From a virus, in the IMG/VR virus record IMGVR_UViG_3300020182_001907: a stretch of 64,000 bases of DNA; one strand, 5' to 3'. The first letter of the stretch is position 1, and each line of letters opens with the position of its first letter. Positions 18,397 through 27,702 of this stretch are shown here, in pieces. The notes under the pieces were generated by a model. It ran no database searches. It saw only the letters and a list, made by a program, of their open reading frames with translations, and was not told the DNA's origin. The translations under genes were made by a program, and so were the position numbers.

Positions 18397-19338
18397 TTAA
18401 CGATTAGCAGTATATGTAAACTCCATATCGTTTAAACTAACACCATTTTCACAACTATTGCACATCTCAAAACATGTGTAAGGTTCCGGCGCTATTTCTT
18501 CATATGATTCTAGTATTAGGTTTCCCAGTACATGTTCTAAGTTATAATCCATACAACATAATACAACATCCCCATTAGGCAAACATACGTTATGATATAG
18601 TCCTTCTGGACAATTACAAGTAGTTGGACTTTCAGGAGGATGGCTAGCCCAGTAAAATATTTCGGGAAGCAATTCTGGCTTTAGTAAACGTTCTTTTTCC
18701 AAATTTCCTGCTCTCGAATACATTTTACTTGCACTAAATCCGTTCCAGAGATGGCTGAATTCATCTAATACTTCTCCCATGCACATTACATCAAAATTTT
18801 GTACTCTGTGCTCGTTTTCTTTAATATGCTGTAAAAGTTTACGATATCTATCAGTTATAGGATGCTTTGCTCTTTTTTCTTTGTCAGGCAAATGTAGCAT
18901 GAATCCACCGTTCGGATTTCCAGCAAAAGGTATATGTGCTATTTTCTCAAAATCCTCAACGCTCATACCTATGCCTGTGGTAAAAACACTTACAGGATGC
19001 CCGGTTTCGTGTGCATAAACAATCATATCAGCACAGTGGTTGTTTACAAATGGTTCTGTAAACCCTGCAAATGTAACTCTAAGCTCAAGTGGTAATTTAT
19101 CAACCATGTGTTTAAAGCTATCAAGAGATAACATAGTTAAGTCACTGTATGCTTTAGTTAATACACGCTGCGGGCAAAATACACAATCAACAGGACAACC
19201 TTTTAACGGTATATTTGTTGTAAATTCCATAGTAGGGAAATCTGTAGTTTTCCAAGGATGTGTTGTAAATTTTTTGTGTTTTACCACAGTGTTTACTTTT
19301 TTTGGTATAACTTCAACGGTTTTAATTAAGTTAATCAT
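18397..19338 (-). CDS. Radical SAM protein with SPASM/twitch domain
   Basis: CPVDCVFC (CxxxCxxC); C-terminal GDVVLCCMD..LGN..CNSC. Confidence 0.88.
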   Translation of the reverse strand: MINLIKTVEVIPKKVNTVVKHKKFTTHPWKTTDFPTMEFTTNIPLKGCPVDCVFCPQRVLTKAYSDLTMLSLDSFKHMVDKLPLELRVTFAGFTEPFVNNHCADMIVYAHETGHPVSVFTTGIGMSVEDFEKIAHIPFAGNPNGGFMLHLPDKEKRAKHPITDRYRKLLQHIKENEHRVQNFDVMCMGEVLDEFSHLWNGFSASKMYSRAGNLEKERLLKPELLPEIFYWASHPPESPTTCNCPEGLYHNVCLPNGDVVLCCMDYNLEHVLGNLILESYEEIAPEPYTCFEMCNSCENGVSLNDMEFTYTANR

Positions 19339-19862
19339 TATGTTAATTTCTGAGCATTCCTATATACTTTATTTAACTGTTTTAATCTCTGTTTAGCGTC
19401 AAAGGCAGTTTTAAAAGGACCTTCGTAACCATATTTCTCAAGTGTGGCTAGTTTGGGCCCGTGTGCATGCTTCCACCCTTTTTCAAAGTTAATTGTGTAA
19501 AAACCAGCAGCATAGTATACATCGCTATCTAAAATCTTTGTGTATAAAGGTAAATCATGCCGATAGTCTGGATTAGACTCTTCTAAGGCAAATGGTTCTG
19601 TATAATCTACTTGATGCCCTTTAACAAAAAACTTATCTGGTTTTTGTATAGGTTTTTTTATTTGTACCTCAAACATCTCTACATTACCAAAATGCTTAAT
19701 TACTGCAGACTTGTCTGTAAAATGAAGTAGTTCTTTACCAGTTATAAAAGTAAAATGGTCTTGTACATCTTTATTTAATATGCCCATTCTGTTTTCACCT
19801 TGATGAACTAACCAAGCAACGTCTGATACCTGCTGTAACATTATCTCTTTAAAGTACGACAT
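19338..19862 (-). CDS. Conserved phage hypothetical protein
   Basis: LPLYTK..S..YYAAG and PKLATL..Y.YEGPFKT motifs. Confidence 0.7.
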   Translation of the reverse strand: MSYFKEIMLQQVSDVAWLVHQGENRMGILNKDVQDHFTFITGKELLHFTDKSAVIKHFGNVEMFEVQIKKPIQKPDKFFVKGHQVDYTEPFALEESNPDYRHDLPLYTKILDSDVYYAAGFYTINFEKGWKHAHGPKLATLEKYGYEGPFKTAFDAKQRLKQLNKVYRNAQKLT

Positions 19863-19872
19863 GTGTTTTTTC

Positions 19873-20133
19873 CTATTTTGTATCCCCAAACCTTCTAGGT
19901 CGGGTAAATTCTTGTTGTATTGCTTCGTGCGCACTATTGCCTTCAGCTGCTTTGCGTATATTGTAATATTTTTCTCGTTTAGTGTCTATCCAGGGAGGTA
20001 CATTACTATCTGGATCTCCCATAAACGGTCTTCTATATACTTGCTCATCTACTCTTTCGTAAACCCATTTAATATCAGGCTGGCCATTTTCTAAAATCCA
20101 AGCAGCTTTGTCTGTATCTGTCCACTCTATCAT
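19873..20133 (-). CDS. Hypothetical protein
   Basis: ORF in gene train. Confidence 0.6.
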   Translation of the reverse strand: MIEWTDTDKAAWILENGQPDIKWVYERVDEQVYRRPFMGDPDSNVPPWIDTKREKYYNIRKAAEGNSAHEAIQQEFTRPRRFGDTK

Positions 20134-20336
20134 AGTTTAAATGCCAATACCATTAGTATACACAATAAAAGTATATTTGTAAAGAAGATTTCTATTGCAA
20201 GAATAGTATGATACCAAACCCAGCGGGACTCATATATCTTGTTTACTTCTGGGTGACTGCCTTTTTCTATAATAGCTTTATCCAGTATATTATCTTCAAC
20301 TGGACGTTCGAAGAATTTAATTATTTTTGCTAACAT
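20130..20336 (-). CDS. Small membrane protein
   Basis: C-terminal hydrophobic helix. Confidence 0.65.
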   Translation of the reverse strand: MLAKIIKFFERPVEDNILDKAIIEKGSHPEVNKIYESRWVWYHTILAIEIFFTNILLLCILMVLAFKL

Positions 20337-20386
20337 TGTCTAATTGTTCCTTCTAGTTCTATCTTTTCTGAGGACATACAATCCAT
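20330..20386 (-). pseudogene. 18-codon mini-ORF resembling the N-terminus of translation initiation factor IF-1
   Basis: MDCMSSEKIELEGTIRQC*; AGGAG SD and TAATG coupling to rnh. Confidence 0.3.
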
Positions 20387-21375
20387 TATTTAACTCCTGC
20401 GTTTAATAACGTAGCAAACTCTGTAGGTTGATCACTAAGTCTCTTTAAATCCCACTTAGCACAAAACTTCATAAAGTGTATGCCTACGTTCTGTACTTTT
20501 TCTTTATTTACTGCCTCAGCAATTACCGCATTGCATGCCTGCTTAACTTCTTCTGGTTGCATGGTTAAATCAATTAATGTACGGTTACGTTCATAGTCAT
20601 CTCGAACACGATGCTCTATATCTTCATGGTCTGTCCAGCGTTGTAGCATAAAGTTATTGTAATTAAAGCCACCAGTGTTTCGATCTGCAAACGCTTCCGA
20701 AATACCAGTTTTATTTTTACTGCCCTTAGTACGTGCGCCTGGGTAAGCAGCAAACACATTGTCTGCACTATCACCACGAACACATTTTTCAAACAGAATC
20801 CATTCAGGATCAGGCAGTACTTTATCTTTACCAGTCTTCTTATCAACTATACGCTTACCACTCTTAGCATCAACAAATCCTTCTAGACTAACAATTGTAT
20901 CCTGTGTGCCGTTATATTGCTTGACATTGGGCGCCATTAGCTGATGGAAATCACTATCTGTACTTACAATAACATGTTGATCATCTGGATGCTTTTGTAT
21001 CCAGGTAGCAATTAGGTCGTCAGCCTCAGCATTACCACACTGGATAACACTAGAGTTTGTCTTTTCAGTAAAGAACTTGATCATGTCATTATAAGCTTCA
21101 AAGAACAATTCGTCATCTTCTTGTTCCCTGACTGATCTTTTAGCTGCTAACACTTTACGATTGGCTTTGTAAGGGGGGTAAAAGTCTTTACGCCATGAAC
21201 GACCTTCTAAACAAAACACAACATGACTGCCGTTAAAATCCTTCCAGGCCTTCTTAATGCTGTTAAACATAATGTGCATTGCCATGCCAATCTTCATGTC
21301 AATGTCCTTACCACCACCCACATGCTTTGCTCTGAAAAACATGTTCAAACTGTCTACTAGGATATATGTTGACAC
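20386..21375 (-). CDS. rnh: T4 RNase H-like 5'-3' exonuclease (FEN family)
   Basis: LVDSLN, SWRKDFY..YKANR, EADDLIA, STDSDF and GDSADNV motifs. Confidence 0.92.
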   Translation of the reverse strand: MSTYILVDSLNMFFRAKHVGGGKDIDMKIGMAMHIMFNSIKKAWKDFNGSHVVFCLEGRSWRKDFYPPYKANRKVLAAKRSVREQEDDELFFEAYNDMIKFFTEKTNSSVIQCGNAEADDLIATWIQKHPDDQHVIVSTDSDFHQLMAPNVKQYNGTQDTIVSLEGFVDAKSGKRIVDKKTGKDKVLPDPEWILFEKCVRGDSADNVFAAYPGARTKGSKNKTGISEAFADRNTGGFNYNNFMLQRWTDHEDIEHRVRDDYERNRTLIDLTMQPEEVKQACNAVIAEAVNKEKVQNVGIHFMKFCAKWDLKRLSDQPTEFATLLNAGVK

Positions 21376-21384
21376 TGTGACCTC

Positions 21385-21732
21385 CTATGGTCGATTCATT
21401 ACACGTAAATATTTAAGTTTGGTTTTGCCTTTATTGTACACACGATGAAATACACCTGCTTGAACAGTTACAATGTCTTGTGCATTTACTTTGTGTGTTT
21501 CTTCGATTTCTCCCTGCCCTTCGTCAGGATATCTCAAATACATCTCACCTGCGCCCTGGGTAAAAAAGAAAATTTCATCTTGTAAATGATGTTTGTGTCC
21601 AGCAGTATGGCTACCCGAAAACAGGTGAGTGCTACTGAGTATGAGATTATCACCAACAAAGTTATCTTTTACAGTATAACTGTCATTCTCTTTGGTGATA
21701 TGTCCGCCAATGTCATCAAATTCATCCTTCAT
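21385..21732 (-). CDS. Cupin-domain protein
   Basis: GHKH...DEIFFF..G.G and GVFHRVYN motifs. Confidence 0.85.
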   Translation of the reverse strand: MKDEFDDIGGHITKENDSYTVKDNFVGDNLILSSTHLFSGSHTAGHKHHLQDEIFFFTQGAGEMYLRYPDEGQGEIEETHKVNAQDIVTVQAGVFHRVYNKGKTKLKYLRVMNRP

Positions 21733-22036
21733 TACTAGTCCTGCCCTCGTGACCTTGAATACCTTGACGTCCTTGTGTTGCTTGAGAACCAGTGTTGCCC
21801 TGTGGCACCAACTGTGTTTTGAACTCCTTGTACATCTTGTATGCCTTGAGCGCCAGTTGTGCCTTCTTCTTAGACTTCTTCTTCATACGGCGCAATTTTG
21901 CAAAAAAGTTTGATAATCGCTGTGATACAATTTCCCTGCGTTTATGACGTCTAGTTCTAGCACGTTCAGACTGTTCAACTCTTTTGGTCTTAACAACAGG
22001 TTTAACAACAACTTCTTCTAATATTTTGTCTTCCAT
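21722..22036 (-). CDS. Highly basic hypothetical protein
   Basis: GAGG SD; K/R-rich core, Gxx-repeat tail. Confidence 0.65.
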   Translation of the reverse strand: MEDKILEEVVVKPVVKTKRVEQSERARTRRHKRREIVSQRLSNFFAKLRRMKKKSKKKAQLALKAYKMYKEFKTQLVPQGNTGSQATQGRQGIQGHEGRTSNEG

Positions 22037-22043
22037 AACTACC

Positions 22044-22229
22044 TCACTTTGAATGCGGTGGTTTTTTTACCTCTACAAACCATTCGTGCTTGCGACTAAC
22101 CGGATTGAATTTTTTCATTCGCATTTTTTCCATCTTCTTCTTTTTGGATACAGTGTAATGATACTCGTGAGATTCACGAGTTTGTCCTTCTGGGATCAAA
22201 TACACAATGTCGTTGTCTTTTCTAGCCAT
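22044..22229 (-). CDS. rpmG: 50S ribosomal protein L33 (zinc-independent type)
   Basis: YHYTVSKKKK..KMRMKKFNPVSRKHEWFVEVK matches the bL33 signature (Y.T.K...KL...KFDP..R.HV...E.K). Confidence 0.85.
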   Translation of the reverse strand: MARKDNDIVYLIPEGQTRESHEYHYTVSKKKKMEKMRMKKFNPVSRKHEWFVEVKKPPHSK

Positions 22230-22230
22230 T

Positions 22231-22455
22231 TTAATCTCCGTTTAAAATATCGTCAAAAGGTGATTCTTTTAAACCAACCTCTCTTGCTTTTTCTAAGTCT
22301 TGCTCTAAGTTAATTTTAAGGTAATTTCGGTAATTTGTCAAGATATAATTTACCTCTGCATTAGACATAGTTTTAATATACTCATCTATAACAGGTTGTA
22401 CTGCATTCATTAAGGCAGCCAGTTTAAGTTTACTTTTGGTATCAACGTCTTTCAT
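22231..22455 (-). CDS. Hypothetical protein
   Basis: ORF in gene train. Confidence 0.65.
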   Translation of the reverse strand: MKDVDTKSKLKLAALMNAVQPVIDEYIKTMSNAEVNYILTNYRNYLKINLEQDLEKAREVGLKESPFDDILNGD

Positions 22456-22846
22456 GTGGGTCTACCTGTTGTAATCCGTAATCTTGGTCAGCCCCTGCTT
22501 GCAATAACACACTCCTACAAATACTGTTGAACCATTGATTAACAACATCTTCATCACTCTTGCCAGCCAAGCCGTTTGAAGACAGCATTTTAATAAATTC
22601 ATCGTTCCAATCTAATTCAAAAAAGCCTTGTGTTACATCGTCAGGATTAACACCAACTTCAATAACACTTACCCAAGGTTCCTCTCGCTTTGTTGCGTCT
22701 TCCTTGTCCCATTTGTTATTGATTTTAGTAACTTCTTCAGCTAACTTTTCTTCATCTTTAATTTCGTAATTAGCCTTTGCTAACTCTAGTTCTCTGTCTT
22801 TTTTGCCCCAACTAGTTGGGTGCATTCTAAAAGGTATTCTAGCCAT
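22442..22846 (-). CDS. Conserved phage hypothetical protein
   Basis: AT..EPWV.V, GFFELDWNDEFI and VNQWF..IC motifs. Confidence 0.75.
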   Translation of the reverse strand: MARIPFRMHPTSWGKKDRELELAKANYEIKDEEKLAEEVTKINNKWDKEDATKREEPWVSVIEVGVNPDDVTQGFFELDWNDEFIKMLSSNGLAGKSDEDVVNQWFNSICRSVLLQAGADQDYGLQQVDPHERR

Positions 22847-22847
22847 A

Positions 22848-23771
22848 TTATTTTCCTATTGCGTTTCCGTATATATGAACGTGGGCTCTTGTAGTATAGT
22901 TGTAACCACGTTGTATTGCTTCATCAGCAATGTTTGCTTCTGTTAAAGTAAGTCCTTCAAAGGTACCACCAACGCCCATAATCCAAACAGGAAAATCACA
23001 ACCGGCATCTCTAAATGCTTTAGTGTGTTCTTCCACTTCACGCCATGATTCCTTCGAACCGTTTACCACAAACTTTAACTGCCCGTGAGGACTAACCTGT
23101 ACATACTTACCTACTACTTTTGGCTTAATTGCTTTAGAGTTCTTCTCTCCAGCAGTGTTCCACAGTTTAGGTGAAATACTCCAATACCATTCAGGCGAAC
23201 CTAATGAGTCAGATAGCAATCCACCATAATCGCTTGAGGTATAAAATCTTCCTTGTATCCAACTAGCCATCTCGTCTGTGATATGCTGTGTACCGTTTGT
23301 TTCCACAGTAACGTTCTTGGGTGTGTTGAGCCGTTTATGAAACTCCTGCATAACAGCAATCATGCTCTTTTGGCTTGCTTTAAGCATGGGCTCACCACCT
23401 GTAAACACCATGTGTGTCCATTGCTTTGTTTTAGGATGACAGAACTTTCCATGTGGCAGCAATGCAGTTAGTTCGTCTACACCTTGCTCAACAGTGCGAT
23501 TATTAATCAAGTGTCGATACCGTTTGCTCCAAGTATATGAACTGTCACATCCTTTATCAAATACAGGCAAGTCAAACACACTTGTGATGTTAGTAATATC
23601 TAGTGTTTCATAAGGTAGTTCATATGTACTAGGATCAGTAGGATCAGTTTGTCCAAACCCGTCACACTGCAAGTTGCACAGAAAGAAACGCATCCACAAG
23701 CTGGGTATGCCTGTGTATGCGCCTTCGCCTTGTGCACTAAAAAATGTTTCTGAATATTTAAGTGATTCCAT
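22848..23771 (-). CDS. queE: 7-carboxy-7-deazaguanine synthase (radical SAM)
   Basis: SETFFSAQGEG, CNLQC...GCDS, FTGGEP, VETNGT, SISPKL and HVHIYGN motifs. Confidence 0.9.
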   Translation of the reverse strand: MESLKYSETFFSAQGEGAYTGIPSLWMRFFLCNLQCDGFGQTDPTDPSTYELPYETLDITNITSVFDLPVFDKGCDSSYTWSKRYRHLINNRTVEQGVDELTALLPHGKFCHPKTKQWTHMVFTGGEPMLKASQKSMIAVMQEFHKRLNTPKNVTVETNGTQHITDEMASWIQGRFYTSSDYGGLLSDSLGSPEWYWSISPKLWNTAGEKNSKAIKPKVVGKYVQVSPHGQLKFVVNGSKESWREVEEHTKAFRDAGCDFPVWIMGVGGTFEGLTLTEANIADEAIQRGYNYTTRAHVHIYGNAIGK

Positions 23772-24285
23772 TTATTTCTCCGAAATCAAATTTTAGACTG
23801 GATAACAGATATTCTATATCGCTCTGCTCTAACTCGCCATAGCTCTTTACAAAAGCATCATATACGATTTGATGCAACATACTTTCCTTAAAATGGTACT
23901 CATTTATGTATAAATCTTTTAAGATGTCACGTAATATATGGTGTAATCCTACCGCAAACAACCGTTTTAAATCGTCAGTGTTTAAATGTACATTTCCATA
24001 TGCAAGCACCGCTAAAAATACCCATTTACTTAGTCCCAGTGTGTGCAGAGATAGTTCGTTTTTTGCGTTGTGGGTTACTTCTAGTTCAATAAATTCCTTA
24101 TTACTAATTTCTGTTGTGTCAAGATAATAATCTATGCAAGCAAATACTTCTTCGTAAGTAACTGGATACAATCTTTTTGTGCGTACTAAGTTCCTATCTA
24201 CTACTACACTTTCTAATACTGCATCCACCGGTGTAGCAGTGGATTCAATAAGCACTTGATTACTAAATTGTCTCCTACCGAACAT
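23758..24285 (-). CDS. Hypothetical protein with DUF433-like N-terminal HTH
   Basis: IESTATPVDAVL...LYPVTYEEVFACIDYY. Confidence 0.55.
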   Translation of the reverse strand: MFGRRQFSNQVLIESTATPVDAVLESVVVDRNLVRTKRLYPVTYEEVFACIDYYLDTTEISNKEFIELEVTHNAKNELSLHTLGLSKWVFLAVLAYGNVHLNTDDLKRLFAVGLHHILRDILKDLYINEYHFKESMLHQIVYDAFVKSYGELEQSDIEYLLSSLKFDFGEINGIT

Positions 24286-24287
24286 TA

Positions 24288-24959
24288 TTACGAATGCCCC
24301 TTCATGCTTAAACATACATCGTAAAACTCTTTCTTTAAACTCTTGTCTGATTGGAATAGGCCATGCATAACAGCAGTTGTCATATCCGATTCATGTTCTT
24401 TGACGCCTCTGTGCGTCATACAATGATGTTCTGCTTTAACTAAAACAGCAACATTAGGCGTCTTTGCATACTCCATTAATGCCTCTGCAATCTGTGTAGT
24501 CATCTCTTCCTGAATCTGTGGCCGCTCTGCAATGTGATGTGCTAGACGATTAAACTTGCTGAGACCAATTACTTCTTCCTCAGGAAAAATACCTACCCAA
24601 CACTTTCCAACGATATTTTGAAAATGGTGTGCACAAGTACTCCTGATACTTATAGGTCCTGTAACATACAAGCTTTTGTAGCCCATGTTAGGAAAACTTG
24701 TTACTCTAGGAACAGGTGCATAACGGCCGCCAAATGTTTCCCTAATAAACATTTTTGCAACACGTTTTGCAGTTTCTTGTGTATTGTGATCGTTATCTGT
24801 GTCAATAACCAGGGCTTCTAGTACACTCTGCATAGCAGTTTGTACTTCTGATTGTAATTGATCTAGTTCACCTTCATAGATAAACTCTGCAATATTGTCA
24901 TTACTGTGGAACCGCTTGCCTGCTTTTCCTATGCGGCTACGAATTTTGTCTGAAATCAT
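24288..24959 (-). CDS. folE: GTP cyclohydrolase I
   Basis: TAKRVAKM, STCAHH, GLSKFNR, RPQIQE and HHCMTHRGV motifs. Confidence 0.95.
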   Translation of the reverse strand: MISDKIRSRIGKAGKRFHSNDNIAEFIYEGELDQLQSEVQTAMQSVLEALVIDTDNDHNTQETAKRVAKMFIRETFGGRYAPVPRVTSFPNMGYKSLYVTGPISIRSTCAHHFQNIVGKCWVGIFPEEEVIGLSKFNRLAHHIAERPQIQEEMTTQIAEALMEYAKTPNVAVLVKAEHHCMTHRGVKEHESDMTTAVMHGLFQSDKSLKKEFYDVCLSMKGHS

Positions 24960-24985
24960 ATTAAGAATCCTTTGTAAGTTTTATA

Positions 24986-25014
24986 ATTATACAGCTATTT
25001 AGACAGGAAGTCAA
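24986..25014 (-). promoter_or_regulatory. Sigma70-type promoter TTGACT-N17-TATAAT (with CTAAATA late-like box in the spacer) upstream of folE
   Basis: Hexamers read directly. Confidence 0.6.
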
Positions 25015-25029
25015 GTATCAAAGGAAAAT

Positions 25030-25494
25030 TTAAGACCACCAATTTTCCCAGGGGAATTCAAACCATTGTGTATCGTCAGATCTACGTATATCCCTACCAG
25101 TGAAATCCACTTCAAATTCAACTTCATGGTTATGAATAGCAGCAGCGTAACTTACATAAGCAAAATGGCCTTCATTATGAATAAACTCTGCTATTTGTTT
25201 GAATGTTTTAGCAGTATCACATATATCATCTACTATTAATACGTCTTGACCTACGAAGTATTTTAATATGTCATTGAGTTTACTGGTTTCTCTAATATAG
25301 CCATCCCGAGTTTGCCATGCAACAGCGTGTGTTGGTACACTAAAATAGTGACTTAGTTTGTTAGAGAAGTCTACACCACCTCGCATAATGCCTACAATAA
25401 CATCTGGTTTATAATTAGCGATTGACATTTGACGAACACATTCTGAATAATATCCGTTCATTTGTTGTTCTGATAATTTTTCTATTACAGGCAT
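25030..25494 (-). CDS. Purine phosphoribosyltransferase (xanthine-guanine PRT-like)
   Basis: GIMRGG, VLIVDDICDTAKT (PRPP loop) and WFEFPWE motifs; alternative start at 25530. Confidence 0.88.
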   Translation of the reverse strand: MPVIEKLSEQQMNGYYSECVRQMSIANYKPDVIVGIMRGGVDFSNKLSHYFSVPTHAVAWQTRDGYIRETSKLNDILKYFVGQDVLIVDDICDTAKTFKQIAEFIHNEGHFAYVSYAAAIHNHEVEFEVDFTGRDIRRSDDTQWFEFPWENWWS

Positions 25495-26465
25495 TGTAAT
25501 TTTTTCCCAGTGGTACTGCTCTTTTGCCAATCATATGCATGACTTACTATATCTTTTAAAGTAAACTGTGGCTGCCAGCCTAGTAATTCTTTTGCTTTAG
25601 TAGTATCTGCATTCGTAGCAGCAATATCTCCAGGCCTAGCCGGGCCTACATCATACTCTATTGCTCTTGCATGTTTTTCTATTACTGCATTCATAACATC
25701 TAATATGCTATAAGAATTACCACAGCCAATATTAAATACATCACTAGTTTCTTGGTCATGTATATAATTTAATGCTGCTAGATGCGCAGTAGCAACATCA
25801 TATACATGTGTGTAATCTCTTTGAGCTGTGCCGTCAGGTGTGTTGTAAGAATTACCATTTACTGTAAATGTTTCTTGTTTTAATGCTGAGATGCATAAGG
25901 CTGGAATTAAGTGACTTGCAGGACTTTGTGTATAACCATGGCTTAAGTCAGGCATCGCACCAGCAGCATTAAAATAACGTAGAATTATATAGTTAAAGTC
26001 ATATGCTTTTCTATAATCCTCCAAAATCGTCTCTATAATGAGTTTTGATCTAGCATAGGGACTTTGCGGGTTACAATCGTGTGTCTCGGGTGTAGGAGTA
26101 GATGCATTGCCATAAACACTACTTGAGCTACTGAAGACAAATTCTTTAACACCAGCATCTACAGCACAATTTAGCAGATTGATAGTATTTGCAACATTGT
26201 TTGCATAGTAAACTGCTGGATCAATAACGCTTCTACCAACTTCATGATCAGCAGCAAGGTGTATAATACTGTCAGGTCGTACTAGTTTTATAATACCTTT
26301 TACTTGATTATTGTCAATATCAAAGGGATATTGTGATACTCCTTCTATTTTTTTCTTTTTTCTATCTAAATTAATAACATTGTGTCCTGCGGATACTAAT
26401 AATTTACATACCACAGTACCAATAAAGCCTGAACCTCCTGTAACTAAGATCGTTTTACTTTCCAT
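25485..26465 (-). CDS. galE: UDP-glucose 4-epimerase
   Basis: TGGSGFIG, FSSSSSVYG, YARSK, LRYFNAAGA, TPDGT..RDYTHV and RPGD motifs. Confidence 0.92.
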   Translation of the reverse strand: MESKTILVTGGSGFIGTVVCKLLVSAGHNVINLDRKKKKIEGVSQYPFDIDNNQVKGIIKLVRPDSIIHLAADHEVGRSVIDPAVYYANNVANTINLLNCAVDAGVKEFVFSSSSSVYGNASTPTPETHDCNPQSPYARSKLIIETILEDYRKAYDFNYIILRYFNAAGAMPDLSHGYTQSPASHLIPALCISALKQETFTVNGNSYNTPDGTAQRDYTHVYDVATAHLAALNYIHDQETSDVFNIGCGNSYSILDVMNAVIEKHARAIEYDVGPARPGDIAATNADTTKAKELLGWQPQFTLKDIVSHAYDWQKSSTTGKKLQCL

Positions 26466-27447
26466 GTGTGTGTTCTCCAAACCAAACGTCAAAACAATTA
26501 TTTTTTATTTTATATGACTCTGACCCTGTTGTATTTGTTAAAGCATCGCAAACCATATCAATACTTTCTTCAAACCTATCGAATAAAAATTCTTTAGGAT
26601 ATAATTCTGGATAAACTAATCTGTTGGGCAAAATAACATTGCATCCTAAATATGCAGCTTCAGCCATCCCAAAACCAAAATTTTCTTGTAATGCGTAACT
26701 AACAGCACATTTGCTTTTCGCTACTATATTATAGTAATTATCTTTATCCAAGTTCATTTCTTGTGTTTTAAGGAATTTTACTGGAAAATCTAGCTTTTTC
26801 GATACTTGTCGTGCTAGTTCATCAAACAACCATGGCTGCTTTTCATCGCACAACCTTCCATTAAATATTACAATATTATCTTTTTCTGTTCCTAGATGCA
26901 TGTCTAAGCCTACAAAATCTAAAGGTAGTCCGCTAACAATTAGTTTTTCTGACTGTACCATTCTTTTTTTAAGGATGTCATTTCGAATAAAATTACTGGC
27001 GCAAAAAACTTTGTCGGATATGTCAAAAACCATATCCTCGAAGTTTTTTGCCCAGCGTTCCATATCACGTACAAAGTCTGTATCAGTAAAACTTCCTGCA
27101 TGTACAACACCAGTAATTTTTGCATTTACTTTATGAAAATAATTCATATAGGCAATACTTTCGATCCCAGGGAACCAGATATCACTAAAAAAGAACACAT
27201 CATTGTCGGATACTTCGCCACGCTCATACATACTGGCAATTTCTGCCATCTGTAAACTTTTAAATTTAGAAGTAAATGCAGCATTTAAAAAACAACCTTC
27301 AGGTAATCCCGCAGGCTCTCCTGCAGCAGGATATACTCGTACAAATGGAACATTATTGACATTCAAATAATTAAGTATGTCTCTGTCCATATGAACTGTG
27401 TATCTGCCTTCAATATGCTCTAACGGAACATATATAATCTTACCCAT
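26455..27447 (-). CDS. GT-B (family 4-like) glycosyltransferase
   Basis: FNGRLCDEKQP, QENFGFGMAEA and PNRLVYPELY motifs. Confidence 0.85.
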   Translation of the reverse strand: MGKIIYVPLEHIEGRYTVHMDRDILNYLNVNNVPFVRVYPAAGEPAGLPEGCFLNAAFTSKFKSLQMAEIASMYERGEVSDNDVFFFSDIWFPGIESIAYMNYFHKVNAKITGVVHAGSFTDTDFVRDMERWAKNFEDMVFDISDKVFCASNFIRNDILKKRMVQSEKLIVSGLPLDFVGLDMHLGTEKDNIVIFNGRLCDEKQPWLFDELARQVSKKLDFPVKFLKTQEMNLDKDNYYNIVAKSKCAVSYALQENFGFGMAEAAYLGCNVILPNRLVYPELYPKEFLFDRFEESIDMVCDALTNTTGSESYKIKNNCFDVWFGEHTHGK

Positions 27448-27511
27448 ATTAGGTTTCCTTATAAATTGATGACGTATTTTTCTTTTTTGTAATAATCTGC
27501 CAGCACCCATT

Positions 27512-27691
27512 TTACATTGCGTTCTTTTTGTCCTGGATTTCTGCACGACGAGCTTTTGCAAGTTTTGCAAGTTCTCCCAAAGCCTTACGAGCTCTTGCCG
27601 CAGATGCTTTTACGCCTTTGGTTTCAAACTTCTCGCTTTCTGCGAGATACTCTTCCATTTGTGCTTTAATTTGTAAATGTACTTCTGTCAT
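27512..27691 (-). CDS. Histone H1-like (Hc1-type) nucleoid protein, 59 aa, not in ORF track
   Basis: MTEVHLQIKAQMEEYLAESEKFETKGVKASAARARKALGELAKLAKARRAEIQDKKNAM; AGGAG SD. Confidence 0.85.
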   Translation of the reverse strand: MTEVHLQIKAQMEEYLAESEKFETKGVKASAARARKALGELAKLAKARRAEIQDKKNAM

Positions 27692-27702
27692 TTCTTTCTC
27701 CT

